NCBI RefSeq assembly: GCF_004010195.1
Contig: NC_057728.1
Location: forward strand, 46,117,290-46,181,289
Length of the DNA: 64,000 bases
Origin: Chiloscyllium plagiosum
Lineage: Eukaryota
Direction of reading: 5' to 3'
The notes under the pieces were generated by a model that did no database searches, was not told where the DNA came from, and was given only the letters and a program-made list of their open reading frames with translations. This document shows, piece by piece, positions 52,430-62,969 of this stretch. The first letter of the stretch is position 1. Each line of letters starts with the position of its first letter. Made by a program: the position numbers and the translations under genes.

Positions 52430-52580
52430 AGAGATCTGCTCATTCAACTCATTGCTACTTGCTGTGTGCACAATGATCACAAGAATGATTACATCTCAAA
52501 AATACTTAATTTTCTGTAAAACACTTTGAAATGGCCTGAGGTAATGACAGTTGCTCTATAAATGTTAAGTATTTCTGTCT
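52430..52580 (+). mobile_element. Deu-SINE-like 3' fragment
   Basis: ttgctgtgtgcac..caaaaatacttaatt..tgtaaaacactttg..cctgagg..ctataaatg. Confidence 0.4.
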
Positions 52581-52659
52581 TTACTTTTAATGTGTGGGAG
52601 GGTCATATTGATTAACTTGGACAACTTGTGTTTGAATTAGATTAGAATCAACAACATGT

Positions 52660-52902
52660 CAGGCGACTGACTGTGTGGAGTTTGCACGTTCTCCCCGTGT
52701 CTGCATGGGTTTCCTCCGGGTGCTCCGGTTTCCTCCCACAGTCCAAAAATGTGCAGGTCAGGTGAATTGGCCATGCTAAATTGCCCCTAGTGTTAGGTAA
52801 GGGGTAAATGTAGGGGTATGGGTGGGTTACGCTTCAGCGGGTCGGTGTGGACTTGTTGGGCCGAAGGGCCTGTTTCCGCACTGTAATGTAATCTAATCTA
52901 AA
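52660..52902 (+). mobile_element. Young 5'-truncated HE1-like V-SINE
   Basis: Clean V-core with CpGs retained (ggtttcctccgggtgctccggtttcctcccacagtccaaa) and (TAATC)n tail. Confidence 0.9.
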
Positions 52903-53264
52903 TGGGGGGGTTGAATCCCTATTCCAGCTGAGGCAGACTTAAGTCTATTTCCAAATCCTTCTCACAGTAAAGTATTACTACATATTGCTAAGGTTCAATA
53001 AATAATTATCAAGGCAGAGAACTGAAGAATAAGGAAGACTACATTGAATTCCAATGTGTTACACTGAGGATTATTAACCTCAATAATATTTATATGATTA
53101 AACAGTGCAAATTAAACAGTGCAAAAATAGTAAGTTCGAACTTACGAAATGTTATTTACGGCAAATTTCTAATTGCATCTGTCCCACCAAGAGATGTAGC
53201 GAATGATGGGACAATACTTGCTCAAAAAAAGTTTGAACAGTAAAATAAGGTAAGATAAATACCA

Positions 53265-53474
53265 GGTAAAAACAATGACTGCAGATGCTGGAAACCAGAT
53301 TATGGATTAGTGGTGCTGGAAGAGCACGGCACTTCAGGCAGCATCCGAGGAGCAGTAAAATCGATGTTTCGATTTTAGTATTCCTGATGAAGGGCTTTTG
53401 CCCGAAACGTCGATTTTACTGCTCCTCGGATGCTGCCTGAACTACTGTGCTCTTCCAGCACCACTAATCCAGAA
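53265..53474. mobile_element. PLE family A (variant subfamily) mini fold-back insertion
   Basis: Perfect TSD taagataaatacca 53251-53264 / 53475-53488, inverted arms. Confidence 0.95.
53380..53416 (+). ncRNA. Minimal hammerhead ribozyme motif, intact core
   Basis: CTGATGA(53384)-A-GGGC-TTTT-GCCC-GAAA(53404)-CGTC. Confidence 0.72.
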
Positions 53475-53819
53475 TAAGATAAATACCAACCTGGTTAAAA
53501 TCAAATTCAAACAAGTACCCAAACAAATCATGAGACTACCCTCTCTATGGTGAAATGTTGCAAGTGGTGAAAATTAAGATGTCAATCTATCTAAGGTCTT
53601 TAGATTTAAATTAGTTTATTATTGTTTGTCATATTATAATTCTTTAAATACTTCAGTAGATATGTATAGAGTATATACATTTTACTAACTAAAAGAAACA
53701 TCTCTCATGTTTATATTTGCCTTTGTATAACTGTTCATAGTGTAATTTATGATAAATGCAGTCTATATTCAATTTTTTTACCCAATCTATACAAGGTGAA
53801 GGCTTCTGGAATTGAGTCA

Positions 53820-54195
53820 CGAGAAATAAGGGAAGGAATAGGCCATTCAGCCTCTTGAACTTTGGAATTATAATGTCATAGAGATTGACAGCATACTAAA
53901 AGGCCCTTTGAACCATCATGTCTGTGCTGGTTAAAAACAACTACCTAACTATTCTAATCACCACCCACTAAGGGTATGGCTAATCCATTTGTGGCTTTAA
54001 GCAGACTTTTCTACAATCCTCCAACTCTCTATCTCTGCCAACTTCAACCATGAAGATATTCAATGATCTAGCTTCCATTGGTCTTTTGGGGTCAGAATTC
54101 CAAACATCCATGATCCTTTTGGAGAAGAAACTCCTCCTCATATCCATTTCAGATAAAAAAAAACACTTAGTTTTAAACCATAACCCTTAGTTCTC
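53820..54195 (-). mobile_element. Decayed CR1 3' UTR fragments
   Basis: ggaataggccattcagcctcttgaac and agaattccaaa..ggagaagaaactcctcctcat text. Confidence 0.5.
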
Positions 54196-55016
54196 ACAAT
54201 GCATAGTTGCTGAAAACATGTTCAACCATATATATAATAAGTAAACTATTATACAAGAAAACTTTAATTCTTTGTCCATTGGGGAATTAATACTTACTTT
54301 ATTTAAAATATATCCAAATACAGTTAACCTATATGATAGAACAAGCAGTATTTTTCTGAACTAACACATCAGAAACACGACAATGGCAATATATTATTTG
54401 TTAACATGGAAATTGGCGATTCAACCTCGTGACAGTTGTAATAAAAAAAAATAGCGTTTACTCAGTGTATACTGATTTATGCACTTACATAGTATTGGAG
54501 ACTGGGGAATGCACTCCTATGGATCATGGATCGAGCTCAGGTTGATTAGGTTAATTCTGCTCATGCTCCCTGCCTCTCTCTGATAGGTACAGGATGTCTC
54601 ATGATCAAGATTTGAGCTGTCTCAATCACATATCAATTTAATATTGGCCCATGGTACTTGGTAAATTAGATATTTAACTCAGGAAGGCTGGTGTTTTGAG
54701 GACAACTGATACATGAGTACAATGGATGTTATTGTTAAATTGCAGGAAGGAGCAGAATAGAAGAAGTTTTACGTTGCAGTTGCTAGTACTAGACGTTTTT
54801 GATTTTATTTATCTGAAATATTGAAAACATGCTTCCCAATTCATAAAGCTAACAGCTGTTGCAGTAGACCTGCACAGATGCATGCACAAACTAAATTTAA
54901 ATAAACAGCACGGCATAAATTGTGTAAAGGCCACATTATTTCTTCTTTTTTTACTTTCAAATGAATTGTGAGATGGACTTTTCTACAACAAAAGACGAAG
55001 GAAGGAACTGGCACTG

Positions 55017-55763
55017 TGTTAAAAATAGAGTCACTGAATCTCACTGTAAATCAGGTTCACACCTTTGTTTGCCAGGAGTGGAGGAAAATGGGAATGGATG
55101 GCAACAAGTAACTGACTGGGGTGGATTTGTGACCAGTTGTGGATGTGAAAGTTCATCAGCTTGACAACAACTTTCTGATTGAATTCTGAGTAGCTGAATA
55201 ACTTACGGGTGTGAGCAACACAGGGAGAAGGCCTTAGAGCTCTGAAAGAGGAGTCAGTGTATGTCTCTCTTCAGTAAAACAATTGAAGACAGAAAAAGCC
55301 TCACAAGTAAGCTGTTGCTTTTACCCAGTAAGTCAGAGATTTTATAATTGTGAGCTGGTCACCCTCAGTCCTCATTTGAAGAAAACAAAGGACCTGAAGG
55401 GAAAGATTAGAGGACTAAAGGACTTGGGAAATAAAAGGAACATCCCATCAAATCTTGAGGACTAGGACCATTGAATTATTTTCCCAGTATTTTTCCACTC
55501 CATCTGTAAGGTGTGTGGGTGTGTGTTATTTTAGAAGCTGCTTAGAATTTTAACAAATAGAGTTTTTTGAGAATGGCCCATAGTTTTGTTTTACTTGTGG
55601 TAAAAATCTATTGATATATATGTAGTACTTATTATTAACTGGTATGTGTTTGTTGTTAAACTAAATCTATTAGGCCAGTAAACTGGGAACTTTTGAACTT
55701 CTGTGATAATTCTGTGAATAACAGAACTTGCTTGCCAGTGCCTCACTCCAGTGAGGCATAACC
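55017..55763. mobile_element. Possible solo LTR
   Basis: Block starts tgtt and ends near cataacca, with LTR-like composition. No TSD or partner seen. Confidence 0.25.
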
Positions 55764-56359
55764 AATAATATTTGGTAACTGTGGCTGTTAACAAAATATA
55801 TATTTTTATTCTGATTGCAATGCTACTTTTATTCAACTGAATAAGACAGATAATTTTAAATTTATCATGCTGAGCGTCATAAGCTGTACACTTGTGTTGC
55901 AGAATATCTGATTATCACTGAGGTCAAATACACCTGAGTTGAACAATGAAAAAACAGACATTGAAGTTAATATGTTTGGAGTGAATGAAAGCTAACCACC
56001 GCTGTGAGATTTAATTTACATTTAACATGCCGGCTGTGAAGTAAGTAAGATTAGAGTTGGCAATCTCCTTTCTCAGGTGGTGTGGTAGCAATGCAGGACT
56101 TTCTCTTAGCCCTCTGTATGCAGTCCCCCAGCTCCAACCGACTTCTCTCAGTTGGAGGTCTGTATGACAGATTCCAGCAGAAATGCTTTGCTAAAAGGGA
56201 GATTGCCAGTACAAGAGAAAGGATTCCAGCACTGCTAGAGCATGGATTCCAAAACAGCACCAACAGGAGCAACGAAATTTGTTTTATGCCTTTAATAGAG
56301 AGAAATGACCTCATGTCCTTAATAGGACATTAGCAAACAGTACCTAACACTGAACTATG

Positions 56360-56690
56360 TGAGAAAGTATTAGACGAGGTGACCAAAAGATGCTAAATTA
56401 AATAAATTTTAAGAAGCGTCTTAAAAAAAAGATCTGAAACGTGTGGTTTAGGGAGCAATTTCCATAGCTTAGACCCTTAGCAGCTGAAGATGCTGCTCCA
56501 ATTAAGTTGATACAAGAAGAAAGAATTTGAAGATTGCAGAGATCCCAGACAACTGTTGGCCTGGAGGAGTTTACAGAAATAGGGAGAGGAAAGACCATAG
56601 AGGGTTATGAAAACAAGCATGAGAATTTTAAAGTGGAGGTATTGATCAACCAGGAACCAATGTTTGTTCAGTTAGCACAGAGAGTGAGTT
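56360..56690 (-). mobile_element. Old L2-like LINE 3' fragment
   Basis: ttttaagaagcgtcttaaa..ggtttagggagcaatttccatagcttag..cagctgaag pattern recalled from vertebrate L2 3' ends. Confidence 0.4.
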
Positions 56691-57109
56691 TTGCGTCAAG
56701 ACTTTGCCCACTTGAAGGTAAAGAATGACAGCTAGTAATTTTCATGGCATCATTTGAGCCACATTCTGGGATGAGGTATCTTGCTCCATCACATGTTTTT
56801 CACCTCATTATTTTGACATGGACAATGTTCTTCAGCGAATCGCTTGGCAAGCAAAACAAAACTTTCTGCTTCCAAAATTTTTAGAGTCCAGTCAGACACA
56901 ACTTTAGATACCATAAACCCAGAACTGCACCACACAATATGCTATGGCCACAATGGAGATGTGGTTTCACAGGGGCAGGAATGGTTGCTAGATGTTCCAG
57001 GGTTTAGAACATTTAACAACAACAGGGAGGGTGGAAAAAGATGAGGGGTGTAGCATTGCTAATTAGAGAGTGCATCACACTACAGAAACGAAGGTTGTTA
57101 AGAAGGTTT

Positions 57110-57200
57110 AAAAGTTGGATGCTGCCTGAACTGCTGTGCTCTTCCAGCACCACTGATCCAGAATCTGGTTTCCAGCATCTGCAGTCATTGTTTTTACTTC
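57110..57200 (+). mobile_element. PLE family A variant tail insertion
   Basis: Same tail as 53265-53474. Flanked by aagaaggttt (57100-57109 / 57205-57214). Confidence 0.88.
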
Positions 57201-58049
57201 GTTGAAGAAGGTTTGTCTACTAAGACAGTATGGGTACAAGTTAGGAACAGCAATGGAGCAGCCACCTCATTGGGAGTTTTCTACAGACTCCCTAATAGCA
57301 GTAGAGAGATCGAAGAACTCATAGGCCGGCAGATTTTGGAAAAATGCTGATATAGCGGAGTTGTTGTGACTTCAATTTTCCCAGTATTGACTGGAACCTC
57401 CTTAGTGCAGATGGTTTGGATGAAGCCATTTCTGTCAGTGTGTTCAGGAGGGTTTCCTTACTCAGTATATAAACAGGCCAATGAGGGTAGAAGCCATTTA
57501 GGATTTGGTGCTCGGCAATGAGCCAGGACAGGTGTCAGATCTCGCTGTGGGAGAACATTTTGGTGACAATGACCACAACTGCCTCACATTTACCATAGCC
57601 ATGGAGTGGGAAAGGAACAGTTATCATGGAAATATATTTAATTGTGGAAAAGGAAATTATGACGCTATCAGACAGGAGTTCGAAAGTACAGATTGGGAGC
57701 AATTGTTCCACAGAAAGGGCGCAACAGGCATGTGGAGACTGTTTAAGGAGCAGCTGTTGTAAGTGATGCTCAAATTTGTTCCTCTGAGACAGGCAAGAAG
57801 GGGTAAAATTAAGGAGCCTTGGATGACGAGAGTAGTGAAGCTTCTCGTCAAAAGGAAGAAGGCAGCTCATGTAAGCAAGCTTGAGAGGATTATAGGCTTG
57901 CAAGAAAGGAGCTCAGAAATGGACTGAGGAGAGCCAGGAGGGGGCAAGAAAAGGTTTGGCAAGACGGATTAGGGAGAACCTAAAGGCATTTTACTCATAC
58001 GTGAGGAATAAAAGAATGATCAGGGAGAAGGTAGGGCCAGTCAGGGATA

Positions 58050-58760
58050 AAGTGACGACTGCAGATGCTGGAGATCAGAGCTGAAAATGTGTTGCTGGAA
58101 AAGCGCAGCAGGTCAAGCAGGATCCAAGGAGCAGGAGAAATGATGTTTTGGGCCTGTTGAAGGGCTTTTGCCCAAAACGTCAATTTTCCTGCTCCTCAGA
58201 TACTGCCTGACCTGTTGAGTTATTTACCATCTGTATTAATGATTTGAAAGGGGGACAAAGTGTAATATACAAATTTGTTGAAGATTCAAAAATAGGTGCT
58301 AGATATAGTGGTGAGCACATGAGGAATTTGCAAGGCATATGATCAGTGCATAGGCAAAAACCTGGCAGTTTGTGTTCACTGCAGGAAAGTATGAGGTTAT
58401 CCCCGTCAGCAGGAAGAGCTGAAAGGCAAACTATTGTTTGTACAGGGAGAGATTTCAAAAACTGCAATCCAGTGGGAACTGGGTGATAGTATACGTGAAA
58501 CACAAAAGATTAACATGCAGTTGCAGCAAGTAATGAAGAAGGCAAATTGGGATTTGGGGCCTATCACCCTCACCTTAACCTCCTTCCACCTATTGCATTT
58601 CCAACGCCCCTCCCCCAAGTCCCTCCTCCCTACCTTTTACCTTAGCCTGCTGGACACACTTTCCTCATTCCTGAAGAAGAACTCATGCATGAAACGTCGA
58701 CTCTCCTGCTCCTTGGATGCTGCCTGACCTGCTGCGCGTTTCTAGCAACACATTTCAGCT
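58050..58760. mobile_element. Composite PLE family A insertion carrying captured DNA
   Basis: Perfect TSD ccagtcagggata 58037-58049 / 58761-58773. Inverted tail, partial tail, foreign CR1 RT piece, direct tail. Confidence 0.9.
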
Positions 58761-61369
58761 CCAGTCAGGGATAGCATAGGGAATTTGTGTGTGGAGTCTG
58801 AGCAAGTAGGGGAAGCCCTAAATGAGTTTTTTGCTTTAGTTTTCACTAAGGAAAGGGACCTTCTTGTGAATGAGAACTTTGAGGAGCTGGGAAATAGGCA
58901 TGAAGAGATCAAGATTGATGAAGTTGATGAAATTTTGGCAAACATTAAGATTGATAGGTCACCAGGGCCAGACCAGATTTATCCCAGGTTGCTCCGGGAA
59001 GTGAGAAAGGAGGTTGCTAAGCCACTGGCGAAGATCTTCGCTTCCTCACTCTCCACTGGAGTCATACCAGACGATTGAAGGGAGTTGAATGTTGTTCCAC
59101 TTTTCAAGAAGGGGAATAGGGAAGTCCCTGGCAATTACAGACCAGTCAGTCTTACGTCTGTGGCCAGCAAGGTTTTGGAAAGAATTCTGAGGGATAGGAT
59201 TTATGACTATTTGGAAAAGGAAAGCGTGATTAAAGGCAGTCAGCATGGCTTTGTGATGGGGCAGATTATGCCTCACAAATCTTATTGAGTTCTTTGAGGA
59301 GGTGATGTGACAGGTCAATGAAGGTTAAGCAGTGGATATGGTGATGTGGACTTCAGTAAAGCAGTTGATAAGGTTCCCTACAGTCAGCTCATTCATAAAG
59401 TCAGGAGGTATGGGATAAAGGGAGATTTGGCTGTTTGGATTCAGAATTGATTGGCTGACAGAAGGCAGAGAGTGGTTGTAGATGGAAAGTATTCTGTCTG
59501 GAGGTTAGTTGTGAGTGGTGTCCAGCAGGCCTCTGTTCTTGGGCCTCTGCTCTTTGTAGTTTTTATAATGACTTGGATGAGGAGGTTAAGGGTGGGTTAG
59601 TAAATTTGCCAATGACTCAAAGGTTGGAGTTACCATTGATAGCACTGAGGGCTATTGCAGGCTACAGCATGACATAGACAGAATGCAGAGCTGGGCTGAG
59701 AAATGGCAGATGGAGCTCAACCTTGATAAATGCGAAGTGATGCACTTTGACAGGTTGAAATTGAATGCTGAATATAGGATTAAAGATAAGATTCTAGGCA
59801 ATGTGGAGGAACAGAGGATCTTGGTCTTCAAGTCCAGAGATCCCTCAACATTGCTACCCAAGTGGATAGAGTTGTTAAGAAAGCATATGGTGTTTTGGCT
59901 TTCATTAACAGGGGTATCGAGTTTAAGAGCCACGAGGTTTTGCTGCAAATCTACAAGTCCCTGGTGAGACCACACTTGGAATATTGTGTCCAGGTCTGGT
60001 TGCCCTACTATAGGAAAAATATGGAGGCTTTGGAGAGGGTGCAAAGAAGGTTTACCAGGATGCTGCCTGGACTGGCGGGCTTGTCTTACGAAAAGAGGTT
60101 GACTAAGCTAGGACTTTTTTCTCTGGAGAGACCTGATCGAGGTATACAAGGTAATGAGAATAATAGATAGAGTCAATAGCCAGAGACTTTTCCCCAGGGC
60201 TTGATTGACTGCCACGAGGGGTCATAGTTATAGGGTGTTTGGAGGAAGGTATAGAGGAGACATCAGAGGTAGGTTCTTTACGCAGAAAGTTGTGAATGCA
60301 TGGAATGTGTTGTCAGCGGTGGTGGTGGAAGCAGAGTCATTAGGGACATTTAAGTGACTGCTGGACATGCACATGGACAACAGTGAATTGAGGGAAGCGT
60401 AGGTTAGGTTATTTATTTTAGATTAGATATAATCCTCGGCACAACATCGTGGACTGAAGAGCTGTTCTGTGCTGTAGTTTTCTATGTTCTGTGGTCTAAT
60501 ATGCTGCTTCCCTCTAAACTCTGATCAGATGGCAGAGAAAAAAACTAAGTTTGGCTGCCCACTTCACGCAGAAAGATCTCAAGGTGCTGGCGTGACGAGG
60601 AGAAGGTCAGTCCTTTCAATGGATCATGTCAACAAAAGGCCACCCCACCAAACGCAGCCAGCCTGGGCAGAGATAGTACCAAAGCAGTGCTGCCTCCATT
60701 CTCAAAAGGGGTGGCCAGCAGTGCATTCTGCAAGTGCAATTGGCACCAACACCTCTCTGCCACAGAATGGTACCAACATTGTGGGTTTAACTCCTGCACT
60801 GGCTTGAGGTTACCATGAATGCTTTGCCTCCAGAACCATCTTTCTCCTGGGGGCTGTGGTGACCCTCAGGCTAAATCACCACCAGTCATATCTCTAATGA
60901 AAAAGACCTCTAGAACTATAAAAAATTCACTTTGTTTTACTTTAGTACCTTGCAATGAAAGTACACTGTCTATGCTTTCTCCCTAACAATGGCAGGTTAT
61001 GTTGAGCTACTTTGGCTTTGGTTCAACAGATGATATCATTTGAACATTAACCTGAATAATGCAACAGGTAACCTGCAAGGCAAACAGTGAGGAACAGCAA
61101 GTGAGAAAGTTAGATATGTCATTTACTCTAATCAGAGGTCTGCCAGATGAATGTTTTAAATGCACAAACGAACAAAGTCTGAACCCAGCTCAGTCATGCT
61201 GGATGTGGGTAGCAATAAGGTTGTAACTGGCCTCTCAGGCTCTCAGAAATGTTTCTGTGTTCTCGTGTTTGTGGACCAATCACCTATATAATTTCCTGAT
61301 CCTTAGCTTCATTTTCATTCTCAGAGGACTAGTCTTGTTGCCCCATTTTGTTCACATTCAGAATGTCAC

Positions 61370-62050
61370 TCCTTTGCTGGCTCAAACTGTGAGGGGCAAG
61401 GCATTCTGCAGTGATGTGGCACAACCTACCTGGGTTATTCTGCAAAGCCTCACCAGAGTGGTCCAAGCACTCAACAATCATTCCACTATGGACATGATGG
61501 AAGGGTGAACAATATTGTACCTCAGTTCTGAGTTCACCTGTCTATTTCCCACAGGTGTCATGAGTCACCTTTGCAGGGGATACCTCTTGTCTCCCAGCAG
61601 ACGTCTAATATAGACCACAGACCTTGGAAAAAGATCTGTTACTGTGAGTGTTCCAGTACACCTGAGTCATTACAGTTCCCAGGATATCCATTGCAAACAC
61701 CCAAAGTTTGGCTTCAATGGCCGCTAATCAGTTGGACATTGAATAAGTGGAATCCTTTCCTATCCAAGAAAGCCACAGCTTAATGATAGGGTGTTCTCAA
61801 AGCAATGTGTGTACAATTTGTCTACACAAAGCCAACAATGGTAGGGAAGCCTAGTGGCCTTGCTGTTTGACTCTACATCAATGTTGAAGGTAATAAAGAG
61901 GTGGCTTTTTGTTAAAATGGTATCAGTGACATGAACTAATGAGTGGAGAGTTGGAAAATGTCACAGTGAATCCCAGTTTCTCCCTGAAATTCATCATTAG
62001 CTTAAAATTTAAGGGCAGCTGTGACCTCATCCAGCAGCTAGCATCGAGTT
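61370..62050 (-). mobile_element. PIF/Harbinger transposase relic
   Basis: Manual minus-strand translation: VTAALKF*ANDEFQGETG, GFPTIVGF, CTHIALRTP, FLDRKGFHLFNVQLI, GYPGNCNDSGVL, LLGDKRYPLQR*LMTPV, ELRYN, LDHSGEALQNNP, collinear with Harbinger DDE transposases. Confidence 0.88.
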
Positions 62051-62313
62051 GAGGTAGTGGAGTAGGACATCCTTAATGTTCACTGTCCAGCCCTAATCTA
62101 ATTTGCAGATGATTGCGGTGAAGCTTATAAACCCTGGTTCTCACATTTCCTCCAGAGCACTTTGGTGAGCCTTGTCCTGACTGTGAAGGATGTGCAGCAG
62201 TGACTAGATATTGCTGCTGTCACTGGGCTTGCAGTGACTCCACTGTCTCCTTCTGTCTCCACCGTCTCCTTTCCCTCTTCCTTCTCAGGTGGAGCAAGGC
62301 CACAAAAAAGACA

Positions 62314-62488
62314 AAGTTAAAAATCACACAAAACCAGCTTATAGTCCGACTGGTTAATTTGGAAGCTCATGCTTTCGGACCACTACTCCTTCTGAAAGCT
62401 CATGCTTCCAAATAAGCCTGTTGGATTATAACCTGTATTGTGTGATTTTTAATTTTGTCCACCCCAGTCCAACATCAGCACCTCCACA
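62314..62488. mobile_element. PLE family B mini fold-back insertion (older)
   Basis: Inverted tails. TSD acaaaaaagaca 62302-62313 / acaagaaagaca 62489-62500. Confidence 0.88.
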
Positions 62489-62616
62489 ACAAGAAAGACA
62501 GGCATGGCATTGGATATTCCAGCTCCCATTCAAAGACAAACCTAAGGAAGTCAGATCAATCATGCTGTGGTATTGAAGGGACTCATAAGAACTTGCATCT
62601 GAAACAATCAAGCAGC

Positions 62617-62969
62617 GGCTTCCCAAGGAAGTCATAGTCATGCCTTGATAAGGAGCTCTGAGGTACGTGACTGTATAAAGTGTACAGTGGATATCCAGTG
62701 AGTCTGGGAGTGGGTTCCTGCCAGTAGAGTATATAGCAGCTGCTGTGCACCATCTTCCACTACTTGCTATTTACTCATACAGTAATGTAAGTCTGCAAGG
62801 ACATGAGCAAAAATGAAGAATAAATGTTTGGGGTGCATTTCATGGGGATCTACTGGCAGGAACCTATTCTCAGTGAAAATGGACACACTGGATATCCACT
62901 GTGCACTTTGTAAGGTCATGTACCTCAGAGTTCCTTATCAAGGCATGACTATGACCTCCTTGGGAAGCC
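62617..62969. repeat. Inverted repeat, arms 62617-62728 and 62849-62969
   Basis: ggcttcccaagga.gtcatagtcatgccttgataagga.ctctgaggtac.tgac..cagtggatatccagtg..ggttcctgccagtaga and its reverse complement. Confidence 0.92.

Larger units (their letters stand above)
56950..60492 (+). mobile_element. CR1 ORF2 (APE to RT to tail), decayed, with two PLE insertions
   Basis: ORFs 57505, 58785, 59085, 59683 and 59862, plus CR1 3' tail. Confidence 0.95.

Noticed and set aside
56051..56333. Overlapping 83-aa and 87-aa ORFs in unique DNA
   Set aside because: No recognisable domain or convincing splice pair, and the length is within chance expectation.
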